DNA of 64,000 nt from Felis catus (taxonomy: Eukaryota). The notes beneath the pieces were generated by a model. That model searched no databases. It was not told where the DNA came from and saw only the letters and a list, made by a program, of their open reading frames with translations. Positions 38,422-51,972 of the stretch are shown here, one piece after another (positions within the stretch are counted from its first letter, which is position 1; each line of letters begins with the position of its first letter). The stretch lies in assembly GCF_018350175.1 (NCBI RefSeq), contig NC_058368.1, positions 203,548,001 to 203,612,000 on the forward strand, in the 5' to 3' direction. Made by a program: the position numbers and the translations under genes.

Positions 38422-38627
38422 GGGGCACCTGGGTGGCTCAGTCAGTTAAGCTTCTGACTCTTGCTTTCGGCTCAGGTCATTATCTCTTGGTTTTCTGAGT
38501 TCAGGCCCAGGGCTGGGCTCTAGGCCGGCAACATGCAGCCTGCTTGGGATTCTCTCTCTCCCTCTGCCCCTCCCCCACTTGCGCTGTCTCTGTCTCTCTA
38601 AAAATAAATAAATACACTTAAAGAAAA
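38422..38627 (+). mobile_element. Can-SINE, older subfamily
   Basis: GGGGCACCTGGGTGGCTCAG head; TSD TAGAAGGTAT on both sides. Confidence 0.93.
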
Positions 38628-38743
38628 TAGAAGGTATCTAAGAAACTCTTGTGACATTTGGAAAGTACCCTCGGGATTTCTCTTCTTTATTATTTCTACT
38701 TAATTACCAAAGGATCTGAAGCAATTAAAAAATACAAACGCTA

Positions 38744-38962
38744 GCGGCGCCTGGGTGGCTCAGTCGGTTGAGCATCCGACTTCGGCTCAGGTCATGATCT
38801 CACGGTCTGTGAGTTCGAGCCCCGCATCAGGCTCTGTGCTGACAGCTCAGAGCCTGGAGCCTGCTTCAGATTCTGTGTCTCCCTCTCTCTCTGCCCCTCC
38901 CCTGCTCATGCTCTGTCTCTCTCTGTCTCAAAAATAAATAAAAACGTTAACAAAAATTAAAA
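38744..38962 (+). mobile_element. Can-SINE
   Basis: TSD AAAAAATACAAACGC at 38727-38741 and 38963-38977. Confidence 0.96.
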
Positions 38963-40219
38963 AAAAAATACAAACGCAAGACACCACCACTGAAATAAGG
39001 AAATAAGAATAGGAATTATATAATAATTTTGTTGCAATAGTTTTATTAAAAACTATGCTAGAGGTTGCTCTTAAGCATAACATTTAGCTCTAAGCTTATT
39101 CTTGAATGTAAACCGAAAAATGGAACAATGCAATCGTTCTCAACAACAATAGAAAGCAAGACAACGGGGAGGTTATCTGGACAGTCAGAAATAGATCTTG
39201 GCATTGGATTCTTTTGTGACTGCTGAAGACAGAGAATGGCTGACAGAAATGGAAACTAATATTACTAAGTAGAGAATGTTGACCAGATGCTATTTTAGGT
39301 GCCTACATCATTTAATTCATAAACATTACAAGATCTCGGTGAAATGAGTAGTACTAACTCTGTAAGAAGGATGACCACACAGAGGCTGTGTGATTTAATT
39401 CTACCTACACATGGCCCTATGTCACATTAAGGGAAATGTTTTTAAATTCCAAAACATGTTTTCAGAGTATCTCATCCATTCTTGTGACAAGTCTAGGATA
39501 TAATAATAAGGAGACTGAAAGCTTATTTCTAATAGTAACAACACAACTTCTGTTAGCACTTATGGAGCACACATCATACATCAACTCATTTAAGCCTCAG
39601 AAACCCCCTTGTGTTAGGTACTGTTAATATCTATTTTACTGATGAGGAAACTTTCCCAAGTTCTCATAATTATAGAACCTAGAAGGTTCCCGGGATAATG
39701 TCTAAATCATGTATTCCTGGTGATCTAAATTAACACAAGTGTGCATCTTAGAATACTTTGATATTCTTGGGGTTTCAACTGCTGATCTCAAAAATCAGTT
39801 ATCTCAAAGCTCTGACAGGAGCTGGGAAGGAGTCAGGCAAAGCTTCTGAAATGCAGTGGATATTTTGTTCCTAAAATCTAAGAGCCTGGTTTGGACACTG
39901 GGCCAGAACAGGGTCATGCTGACTCTGCATTTTTCAACCCCAATGCTATGACCAGTGCTAAATGACAGTCACCCACTCATAACAATTTATGTGCTCATCT
40001 TTCATGGAATATGATTCTGATTGTTTTGGGCTCTTCTTAGCGTGAGATGGAATCACTAGTAATAGAATAATTGACCGATCCTACAAATATCCCCTAGCTT
40101 TTAAATTTTACCACTGAATTCAAATTAAAACACAGTTCTCAGTTGTTGGAAAATTCACAACTTATAGTACAAAATAATAAGTAAGACATAAATCAATAAA
40201 TAATTTAACTCTAGAGTGT

Positions 40220-40251
40220 GTATCTGTGTGTGTGTGTGTGTGTGTGTGTGT
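40220..40251. repeat. (TG)n microsatellite
   Basis: Direct reading. Confidence 0.9.
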
Positions 40252-40301
40252 CTTTAATTTGAAGAAAGGAACATGACCATTGTGCATCTTTTAGCACAAA
40301 C

Positions 40302-40386
40302 TACTAGGTTGAATCATGTACTTTTAACTCTATTCCTCCAAATCTTATCTACGAAAAAATTGAAATTTACATGGTCCAATCCAGTA
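40302..40386. mobile_element. MADE2-like MITE, diverged
   Basis: TACTAGGTTGAATCATGTA ... TACATGGTCCAATCCAGTA inverted termini bounded by TA, ~85 bp. Confidence 0.65.
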
Positions 40387-40450
40387 CCTCCAAATAACAG
40401 ACTATTATTATTAACAGCAAAGTAGCAATAGAAATGTTACTTAGCATAGT

Positions 40451-40651
40451 GGGGGTGCCTGGCTGACTCAGTTAGTTGAGCGTCTGACTCTTGATTTGGG
40501 CTCAGGTCATGATATCATGGAAGTCAAGTCCTGCATCAGGCTCTGCACAGATAATGGGGATTCTGCTTGGGATTCTCACTCTTCCTCTCTCTCTGCCCCT
40601 CCACACTTGCTTTCTCTCTCTCAAAATAAATAAACATTAACAAAATAAAAA
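40451..40651 (+). mobile_element. Can-SINE, older subfamily
   Basis: GGGGGTGCCTGGCTGACTCAG head; CT region; A tail; degenerate TSD AGAAATG..TAGCATAG. Confidence 0.9.
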
Positions 40652-40719
40652 AGAAATGCTAGCATAGAAATTAGTCAGTGATGACATGGAAACCTTCCTT
40701 CCTTAAGAAGATGATTCCA

Positions 40720-40956
40720 GGGGCACCTGGATGTCTTAGTTGGTTGAGCATCGTACTTCAGCTCAGGTCATCATCGCCCAGTTTGTGGGTTCGAGCCCAG
40801 CATCGGGCTCTATGCTGACAGCTCAGAGCCTGGAGCCTGCTTCGGATTCTGTGTTTCCCTCCCTCTATGCCCCTCCCCCACTCGTTCTCCCTCCTCTTTC
40901 TCCCTCTTTCTCTCTCTCTCAAATAATGAATAAACATTTTTTTTAAATTAAAAAAA
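40720..40956 (+). mobile_element. Can-SINE
   Basis: TSD AAGAAGATGATTCCA at 40705-40719 and 40957-40971. Confidence 0.95.
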
Positions 40957-41719
40957 AAGAAGATGATTCCAACAATGATCTGCCCTGAAAAACACCTACT
41001 TCTGGTTTTCAGAGATAGCATGCATTGTAGCATGTTTCTCTGTTTAATTAAGCAGCCACAGTGTTTGTAATCATCTGACTCGAGTTTTACTTATCGTTCT
41101 CAGATCCTCAGAGATTTTTCTGTTTTTAAATATTTGGAGACCCACGTAACTTTAAAAACAAAGTAGATTACATTAAATAAGACAAATCAGAGAACATGAC
41201 CTGTCTTTTATCAAGCATAACCTCTAAGCATAAATAATAAGACAATGAATCACTGACTCATTTTATCTATTATCTATCTGTTCATCTATCTAACATTGAA
41301 TGATAAAGCACTTCTTTATGTAAGAAAATTGGAAGACACTGTCATGTCTTTAAATCATGCCTTGTGTGCTGATTAGTATATTTTGAATAAGATAAATAAG
41401 AAACTCATATCATGGATCATTATCTTCTCTCAAAAGAGAGAAAATAGGACTATTTAAAACCCAAGAGAATTTAAATTTTAACTTGGGCTAAACTGAATTA
41501 GCTTATGTTTATCAACTTAACAATGCCAGAGAAAGCAAGTTGACCTGAGAAGATTAATTTTAACAAATGGATATTTACCTAAGTACTTTCTAAGTTCTTA
41601 GGTGCAATATAACACATATAAGTTTTCGTTGGGCATTATTTTCTAAGCTACTTAATGATGCAAATATAAGCAAGTTTTCTCAACATGTAAGTTACAAAAA
41701 AAAAAAAATCAACATTCCT

Positions 41720-41915
41720 GAGGTGCCTGGGTGGCTCAGTCAGTTGAGGGACCAACTCTTCAGCTTGGGTCATGATGTCACAATTCATGGGTTCGAGCCC
41801 TGCATCAGGCTCTGCGCTGCCAGAGTGGAGATTGCTTGGGATTCTGTTTCTCCCTCTCTCTGCCCCTCCCCTGCTTTAAAGCAAACCTTAAAGTTTAAAG
41901 TAAACTTTAAAAACA
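41720..41915 (+). mobile_element. Can-SINE, older subfamily
   Basis: GGTGCCTGGGTGGCTCAGTCAGTTGAG...GGTTCGAGCCC...TCTCTCTGCCCCTCCCC. Confidence 0.88.
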
Positions 41916-43024
41916 ATTAAGATTCTCCTAAAAAAGTAACTGCACTGCCATCTGAAGCATGAATCAAAACTAAGAATGACCATAGTGATTTTATAAGCTC
42001 TTTGCTAAATCCAAATACTGATTTTTCCATGTAACAGATATAATGAAAATATTCCTCATTTTAAAAAATGGGCATTCTTAGTGATCATTTTAAACTGAAT
42101 ATATTTCTTAAGTTATATATATAATACATATTACATATAGTCACCTATACATCAAATATGTGTATACGTTATCCAGATGTTTATGCATACACACATGCTT
42201 TTCTCGTTGCTAACAGTATTGTGTGTCCAATGCTAGAAGTATGTGAGATAAAAGGTATTAAAATAATAATTATTCATAATTTCACTATCCAGTGGTGACT
42301 GCCATTATGTGGTCAATTTCCTTTTATTCTCTACTTTGTATCTGTGATTACGTAATTCTATATTATGTGGCTACTCCTAGTGGATATCATGCTGCACATA
42401 GTACATTTTATCTTGGTTATAGTTTTATTTTTCTAGTGGACACTTTCATATTGTTAAAAATATTTATAGACAGTAGTTTAAGACCTTTGTAAGATTCTAA
42501 CTTGCAACTATAACATAATTTACTTAACCATTTATAACATATATTTATTTTACATACTTAGGAAACACTTATACCTTGTTATTTAAAATACTCAAAATAA
42601 TCACTTAGTTTAATATTCTTGTTATTCCAGTCTTTCAGACAAACAAACGAGACTTAGGTTTCCACAGCGGATAGATGGCAAAACTAGGATTGCTTGTATG
42701 ACTCCAAACACTATGCTCTTAACCACTCAACTTCACAGTCTTCAATTGATCTCCTAGAAGCCAACCTTTTAGGCTCAAAAAGTACTCAAATTTTTAAAGT
42801 TATTGACACATATTCCCAAATAGCTTTCCAATGTTTCCTAAAGATACTTAACCAGAGCAAAATTAGAATACTTACCTATTTTCAAAACCAAGCATGAATC
42901 AAACTGATAATGACATGTACACCTAGACCAAGTCTAACTTGATTTCAAAACAGAGACTACATTCCAGCAAGGGAAATACCCGGACTTCACCAAAGGTAGT
43001 GAGATACAGAGAACACGTAAGCGT

Positions 43025-43028
<4 letters not shown>

Positions 43029-43070
<42 letters not shown>
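43029..43070. repeat. (CA)n microsatellite
   Basis: Direct reading. Confidence 0.95.
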
Positions 43071-43072
<2 letters not shown>

Positions 43073-43678
43073 TTTTTCTTAGGGAAGAATTGCCATTGTT
43101 AAAAAATTAAGGCCATGAAGACATGGTCTGTAAAGTGATGGTAAAAAAAAGACAAGATAGCTAACTGCCTTGCATGTGAACTGAATAGAAATCTGGCTGC
43201 TGGGGTAAAGTAGAAAGAGAAGAAGTGAAGAGGTGAAACAAAATAGGAGGAAGTAAAAGATTATAGAGGTAAGTGGTGAGTGAGAAATTTGCTCAGAGTG
43301 GAAAGTAGGAGGAGGGCAAAGTGGGATGAAGTATCCTGGAAAATAAGCCCATCTTTCCTGAATCTTATTTACACTGTGAAGACCTGTATCCCCTCCCTAG
43401 CTGCAAATGTTAAGGGAAGCCCACTATATACATAATGGCTTGAATGAGTTCAGGGGAAAACATTTACAGAGAAAGAGCCCAGTTTCGCAATGCAATCAGT
43501 ATGGAGCATAAGAAAGAGAAGATTCATGGAAAGTGAGATGGAAATTGACACCTAAGATGCAGGGTTTTAGTACAAGCAAAAATTTAGAACCAGAGGTGAT
43601 GAAGAGAAGCAAAAGCACCTCCCAGCACCCTTCCCAAGCAGGCTGCCGGATAAAATACAGTTAAATAAGAATTTTCCT

Positions 43679-43915
43679 GGGGCGCCTGGGTGGTGCAGTT
43701 GGTTAAGCGTCCGACTTCAGCCAGGTCACGATCTCGCGGTCCGTGAGTTCGAGCCCCGCATCGGGCTCTGGGCTGATGGCTCAGAGCCTGGAGCCTGTTT
43801 CCGATTCTGTGTCTCCCTCTCTCTCTGCCCCTCCCCCGTTCATGCTCTGTCTCTCTGTCCCAAAAATAAATAAAAAAACGTTGAAAAAAAATTAAAAAAA
43901 AAAAAAGAAAAAAAA
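43679..43915 (+). mobile_element. Can-SINE, young SINEC_Fc-like
   Basis: TSD AAGAATTTTCCT at 43667-43678 and 43916-43927; long A tail. Confidence 0.97.
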
Positions 43916-43995
43916 AAGAATTTTCCTTACACCTCGGAGGATAGGGTAAACACTAATATGCATAGTGTCAGAATGTTAACAAAATCTCAAGTGCC

Positions 43996-44331
43996 TGCTA
44001 TACTCTGAATGTTTGCATCCTGTCAAGATTCATATGTTGAAATCTTAAATTCCAAAAGATGATCGTGTTAGTAGGTGGAACCTTTGGGAGGTGATTGGGT
44101 CTCCAAGGTGGACTCCTCACAAATGGGATTAGTGCTCTTTTATAAGAGATTCACAGAGCTCCCTTCTGCCCTGTGAGAACATTAGAAGTCTGTAACCCAG
44201 AAATGAGCTCTCACCCCCATCCCAGCACCCTAATCTCAGACTTTTAGCTTCCAGAACCACAAGCAGCAAATTTCTGTTTATAAGCCACCCAGTCTGGTAT
44301 TTGGTTACAGCAGCCTGACCAGAACAAAACA
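43996..44331 (+). mobile_element. MLT1A-like solo LTR
   Basis: TG...CA termini (TGCTATACTCTGAATGTTTG ... GTTACAGCAGCCTGACCAGAACAAAACA); 5-bp TSD GTGCC/GTACC. Confidence 0.85.
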
Positions 44332-44389
44332 GTACCCTGTTTCTGTCCCTAGCTCTGCTTCCATTATGACAGGACTATTCCATTAGCAA

Positions 44390-44680
44390 GTTTTATTAGT
44401 GTTAATAATAAATAGTATTAATAAATAGATTAATAAAATCTAAATAAATACAAAAAATATAAAATAAAAATAAATTTATTAATTTGTAAATTCTAAAATT
44501 CTTGTTAATTAAAGTAATACTAAATTAAATTAAGTTCTTATTAAATTAATAAATTATAATTAATAAATCCATAAAATTATTTAATTTATTGATGAAATTA
44601 ATAAATTCCAAATAAATTAATAAATTCTAAATAAATTAATAAATAGTATTAATAGATAAAATTAATAGTTAATAATAGTG
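44390..44680. repeat. Extremely AT-rich low-complexity tract of TAATAAAT-type units
   Basis: ~290 bp with very few G/C; repeated TTAATAAAT. Confidence 0.9.
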
Positions 44681-44870
44681 TGATACCTATACTTCATCCT
44701 ACTTTGCCATCTTACTATTGGTTCCATAAAAGAAAATTAGACTTTTAACAACTCACTGCTCACTCACCTCTAAATGCACAACTCTTTAGAATAGCTAAGA
44801 CATTTCCTTAAAGAAAGGCTGCAGGAAAAAAACAATTAAAAATTTAAATGAAAAAGAAAGAAAGGCTTCC

Positions 44871-45158
44871 GGGAATGGCTAACATCAACAACTCAGGCAA
44901 CAAAGAGGATCTCTTTTGCCCTGCTGGTGGGAATGCAAACTGGTGCAGCCGCTCTGGAAACAGTATGGAGGTTCCTCAAAAAGTTAAAAAGAGAACTGCC
45001 CTATGACCCAGCAATTGCACTACTAGGTATTTATACAAGGGATACAGGTATGCTGTTTCAAAGGGGCACTGCACCCCAATGTTTGTAGCAGCACTATCAA
45101 CAATAGCCAAAGTATGGATAGAGCCCAAATGTCCATTGATGGATGAATAGATAAAGAA

Positions 45159-45201
<43 letters not shown>

Positions 45202-45608
45202 TCATACACACACACAATGGAGTATTACTCAGCAATCAAAAAGAATGAAATCTCGCCGTTTGCAATTATATGGATGAAACTAGAGGGTATTATGCTAAGT
45301 GAAATTAGTCAGAGAAAGAGAAATATCATATGACTTCACTCATATGAGGACTTTAAGATACAAAACAGATGAACATAAGGGAAAGGAAGCAAAAATAATA
45401 TAAAACCAATGAGGGGGACAAAACATAAGAGACTCTTCAATATGGAGAGCAAACGGAGGGTTGCTGGAGGGTTTGTGGGAGGGGGGATGGGCTAAATGGG
45501 TAAGGGGCATTAAGGAATCTACTCCTGAAAGCACTGTTGCACTATATGCTAAATTGGATGTGAATTAAAAAATAATAATTAAAAAATAAAATAAATAAAA
45601 AAATAAAG
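44871..45608 (+). mobile_element. 5'-truncated carnivore L1 (end of ORF2 + 3' UTR + A tail) with internal (CA)n
   Basis: GGTGGGAATGCAAACTGGTGCAGCC...GACCCAGCAATTGCACTACTAGGTATTTA...; A tail followed by GAAAAAGGCTGC, similar to upstream AAGAAAGGCT. Confidence 0.92.
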
Positions 45609-45999
45609 AAGAAAAAGGCTGCTGGCCTAGCAGCCATGATTCAGCCAGAAGGCAGGTAGAGCCCTTGGAATCTTCTATTAACCATTCTCATATTTGTGAA
45701 ATATTTTCCCTCAGGTTCTATTTACATTTTATACCAAATTATGACAGCCTTAAGAAAAGTGACATACTGCAGAATGGTGGTATTGAAAATTCCTATATTT
45801 ACCTTCTAAATTTAATAAAAATATGGCCCCAACATAAATAAAATCCTATTTCCAGACACTAAAACTAATTGTTCTATAGAAGTAAAATGCAAAGAAAAAA
45901 AAAAATTCTTCTTTGATAGGAATAATGAGTCTTGAGCCAGAGCCATTGGGTTGCATCCACCAGTGCTGTGGAATCCTACTATAAGGGCATGAGCTGAGT

Positions 46000-46980
46000 T
46001 TAATTAACAATTATTGATGGAGCACTTACTATGTGTTACATATAGGACCTCTTCTCTGTGATAAGGTTACAACATAAGTCACCGTCCCTGAACCTAAGTA
46101 CAATATATTCATATAAGCAATAAAAGTGTGGGTGAGATATGAAAGGTATACAAAAAAGGGAGTGATTCTCAGCAAGAGAGGAAATATCTGCCATGGGTGA
46201 ATCATCATACAGAGCACACCTTCAGGTTTTTGAAGGATACATAAGGGTATCCTAAACACGAAAAGGAAGTCTTGTTCAAACCAGACTGGGATGTGTGAAT
46301 ACTGCAAACACTTCAGTATTTCTTGAGTGTAAAATAGGAGGTAAGGAAGGCCAGCTGGGCAGAAGTCACCATATCATTAAGGGATTCTCATGACATCCAT
46401 CAATGTGTTTTGAGAGTAGTGTGTGACTTGAACACATATGTAACTCAAAAGGATCATTTAGACGGTGACATTAAGGGGACATTTAAGTGAGGCAGAAGTA
46501 GTCCTCAAGGGAAGAAAAACCAGGGATTTTATGACACAGGCCTAACTTCAGCAAGAAGCAGAAGGGATGGATTCATCATTCATTCATTTATCCATTTTTC
46601 CTTCATACATTTATTGCACCTGGGTCTAACTCCAAAGTCAACCCAATATCTCCTTACTGAATAGATGACAAGAAGTTACAAGAATATAGTTATATTACAA
46701 AGAGTGCCCAAAGAATAGGAGAAAAATGCAGACAGTGCGATATCTCAGAAGACAAGTGAGAAAACTGTTTCCAGAAGTATGGAAGAACAGTTACTTCAAA
46801 TGCCGCTGCAAAAGGCTTAGACAAGAAGGAACTACTGGATCTTGGCAACATGGAAATTATCGCTGCCTCATGAAAGGGTACCAAGTGGAACCCCAGTCTT
46901 ATTGAGCTGAGGAAGAGAATAAAAAGTGAGAAAATGGGGATCTATAAGCAACTTATGTTTTTCCAAGATAGGAAAAAAAA
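46000..46980 (-). mobile_element. Degenerate L2 fragments
   Basis: AACAATTATTGATGGAGCACTTACTATGTG tail; ...AAGGAACTACTGGATCTTGGCAACATGGA... purine-rich L2 body. Confidence 0.5.
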
Positions 46981-47027
46981 TGGAGAGAAACTTGAGAAAA
47001 ACTTGAGGTCAAAGGTAGGTTGTTTTT

Positions 47028-47934
<907 letters not shown>

Positions 47935-48374
47935 AAAGGTAGGTTGTTTTTAAGATGAGAGATACTCAAACACATTGCAGAGAATGATCCTGTATTTGGG
48001 TTGAAATTGATAATGGTAATGGCCTTTTGCTTGAGCAAAGATGAATGGAATTTCAATAATAATGGAATTTTTAATGTATTAACATTTTTATAAGCAATAC
48101 AAATGTGGTTGAAATCTGAGGTCTTGGGAAATACAATCTTAGTTCAGTTTTATTTTACTTATTTTTTCCCTAATGTACCTTCAAGTCAAATCTTCTCATT
48201 TTCTCATTCTATCGCTATTTTTCAAGAAAATAACCAATAGACTGTCAGTAATGCTTAATCTTTTGGCATCTGAAGACCATTTTTTAGGTTAAGATATCTT
48301 GCAGACTTCCACATGTAATCACTATAATTACATAATGATAAAAAGCTAATAAGAATGCTTTAAAAATTTTTATC

Positions 48375-48594
48375 GGGGCGCCTGGGTGGCACAGTCAGTT
48401 AAGCGTCCGACTTCAGCCAGGTCACGATCTCGCGGTCCATGAGTTCGAGCCCCGTGTCGGGCTCTGGGCTGATGGCTCGGAGCCTGGAGCCTGTTTCCGA
48501 TTCTGTGTCTCCCTCTCTCTCTGCCCCTCCCCCGTTCATGCTCTGTCTCTCTCTGTCCCCAAAATAAATAAAAAACGTTGAAAAAAAATTAAAA
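48375..48594 (+). mobile_element. Can-SINE, young SINEC_Fc-like
   Basis: Young-type body; TSD AAAAATTTT(T)ATC. Confidence 0.96.
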
Positions 48595-50951
48595 AAAAAT
48601 TTTATCATTTTATCACTACAAAATATTCTACAAAATATCACTACAAAATATATTTGAAAAAGAGTCTATATGCTTGGGAAATGATGTTTTTTCAGGTTAT
48701 AGGTGATGTGTAATGTGACCACTGACCACAGTAACTGAAATCCTTAAGTTACCCAAGGCCACAGATTGGAGGTCCACATACAATACAAAAAAAAAAGGGG
48801 GGAGCCAGCAAGTAATTGTAATTACTACTGTAGCCTGAATCAGGGAAGTTTCTAGGACTATACAAGTGCTTTTATCCAAATTCAAAAAGTTATTTTCAAA
48901 TGAAATCCTTTGAAAGTCCGAACACTTCCTTTCCCTTACTGACCCCTAGAAACCATTGACCCAGTACATACCATAAAATCAGAACAATGCTGAAACTGTT
49001 ATTATTAGCAAATGTTTCACAGAAAATCATCTTGAAGGAATACTTGTACTCTCTCAATCCCAATTACTGGAAATACAAAATATTTATCCCTGGAAACAGA
49101 AGTGGGTCAGGGAGTTGGTAGGGAAAAAAAACTGAGAAAACCCTAATTTTGGTAAAAAGAAAAATTATTGCCCAATTAGAACTCAGCTTAAATCTGGCAT
49201 TGTTACTGTGTTTAATTTAAATTTAGGGATGAAAACATTCATTGAATCTTTTTAAAATTTTCAAATGATATATCCTGTGGTTTTATAGCAACTTAGTGAA
49301 AACTACAGTTGGTCAAATGCTATTTTGCTACCAGCTTGTCTTTACTCGAACATGGTACCCTCATCTGCCTGAAGGTATCGCCATGCAGGGATAAAGTCTG
49401 CTTGAGCCTCAACACTGGACTGTGACAATGGACTGCATTGAAGTGCTTGGACTGGGAAAGGAACTCTGCTCAGCCTTGGAGCAGATACCCTTACTGCCCT
49501 GTCATGCACACCCAACTCATTGTTCTCTCTGGATGTCCCTTTGTTTGCTCTCTGCCCAGATTTCTAACAGAAATCTTGTCCACTTGGTCCCTATGTCTGG
49601 ATACCTATCTGTCCACCTCTCTGGTTTCTTCATCATAGCTTTTCCCTGAAATGTTGACATGCAGGATTTTTTACTCTTCCAGAGTTACATGTGCAGACAA
49701 CACTGAACTCTAAAGAGAAACACTTCCCAGTCTAAATTATTGAAATGTGTCAACGTGTGTAACTGGGTTTTTTTTGTTTTTAAATGTAGGTGTGCTTGAA
49801 TGTGGTGGGCAAGGTTACAAAGAATTTTCATTTCCTTTATTCTAAGGGTCCCTTGCTCCCTCCTCCTACCTGTGTTTTCCTAGAGTGCTTGACCTAGAGC
49901 TGGCAGTCAGTAAATACTTTGAATAATGGATTCTGCTGTCTCCATAAAGCCTTCTGTAACTTTCCTAATCCAAAATCCTTGTTCCCTTGAACTTCCATTG
50001 AAGTTATTGTTTGTACTACTCATTTGGCAACATATATATTTATAGATGGATTTGTGGCATCATTAACTAGTATTTGTTAACTTTCCACAAATTGTTTTGC
50101 CCCTTGACAGGATTTGCCTAGTATGGTGTTCAGTGAATTTTAGTGGCTGAACTAAGAACAAGGTCTAGATGCTAGAGTGTGACTTGTACTTCCTGCAGTA
50201 AATTATGCATATGGTACTTGACAAGGGGTCACTGATTTGTCTGTGATGCTTATGAAGTTCAAATTTAAAGCTAAAAGAATATGTTTTATGGAGGAGACAA
50301 CTAAGGAATAAATACCAATAGGTGGTAAAGACTGAAAATATAAATCTACTAGCTTCTAAATGGTACTAAATTCACACATATCTAAGGAACAATGGAGTTA
50401 TTAAGGGATACATACCTAGGTTTTAAAGCTTATGTTAGAAAAGACAGAGCAACCTTCCCAGCTTTGCCTCTATCATCACTAAATGGTATTTTTGCAAAGC
50501 CTACTGGATTAGTTACAATATAGAACTAAAAATAGCCATTATTTGTTGAACATTTTCCATGCATTGAATTATTTATTCCTTATATGAATCCTAGGAAGTA
50601 GGGTTGTTCAACATCACCTAAAATAATAAAAGGTAGAACTGGGTTCAGGTCTGTCTGATTTTAAATTCTATGATCAATCCACTATCCTATGATTTCTTCC
50701 CAGTCACTTCAGATCATTTACTGTGATGGTTCTGTTCTTACAATTGGGTCCTAAAATATATAGTGCTGAGTAATCCTGATAGTTCTCTAATTGATTTAGG
50801 TCTTCAAATAATGGGTGTGAAATCTCTTCTAAGACAATTCCCTTATCATGGGGGTGGTCTATAATGTGGACATTATAGAGCCTTTACTGTTTTGCTCAAT
50901 GTCTTGAGTTGTAAAGTAACTTACCCACTTGTAAACTCATTTTATGGCCTG

Positions 50952-51002
50952 CCTTCCTTCCTTCCTTCCTTCCTTCCTTCCTTCCTTCCTTCCTTCCTTC
51001 CT
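50952..51002. repeat. (CCTT)n tetranucleotide microsatellite
   Basis: About 12 perfect units. Confidence 0.95.
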
Positions 51003-51768
51003 CTTCCCCCGCCTCTCTCTTACTTTCTTTCCTTCTTACTTTCTATGTAAAATAATGAACCATATTATATTGATCTTTCACTGTATTCGGTAAATCAGAT
51101 CCATGACCTAATGAGGTAGAACTGATTGATGTAGTTTTATTTTAAATTCTTGCTCCTTTCTAAGAATTCCTTAAAAGTGAAATCTAACCAATTTTTACTT
51201 AGACCAGTATTTATTACATACATCAAATTCCAAGAAGACATTTTCAATGGTTTTGCATAATATAAATAGGAAAGAAGCAATTTCGGTTTTAAACCTTACA
51301 CTATCATATTTTTAGATTTGTACACATTTATTACCATTTATTTCCTCAAGAATTCAGGTGCAAGCTTTCTCTCTGGAATGTAGATATCAGACAACCCCCA
51401 GAGTGGTGAAAAATAGGAACACATAAAGAACTGATTAGAGTAACTTCTCTTATTAGACAGACAGTGATTCCCCTCAGGTCATCACACAAATCCATCCTAA
51501 TTTAGGTGCTTCTCATGTTAATTTCTAGGACATTCATAAGAAAGTGGATTTTTTTCTTCCTGGGCTGATTCTACCTTTTACTTCATCTTTTTTTTTTCCT
51601 TTTGGGTAAAAAAGAATACACAAAATCTTAATTCTCTTTTCTTCCTTTTTTGAATTTGCCCAAAGATGTAGATTCTAAATTTTAGAAGAGGGGTGTGTAT
51701 CAAAAACAGCTATTCCATCAGAGCCTAAATTCTCAAAGGGCACTCTCTTTCAAAATTTAATGTTTGCT

Positions 51769-51972
51769 GGGTCACCAGGGTGGCTCAGTTGGTTAAGTGT
51801 CCAACTTCTGTTCAGGTCATGGTCTCACAGTTCTGAGTTCAAGACCCACATTGGGCTCTCTGCTGTCAGCGCAGAGCCTGCTTTGGATCCTCTATATCCC
51901 TCTCTCTCTATCTCTACCCCTCCCCCCTCTCAAAAATAAATAAACATTTTTTTTTAAAAAAAGAGAAGAAAC
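51769..51972 (+). mobile_element. Can-SINE
   Basis: TSD ATTTAATGTTTGCT at 51755-51768 and 51973-51986. Confidence 0.94.
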
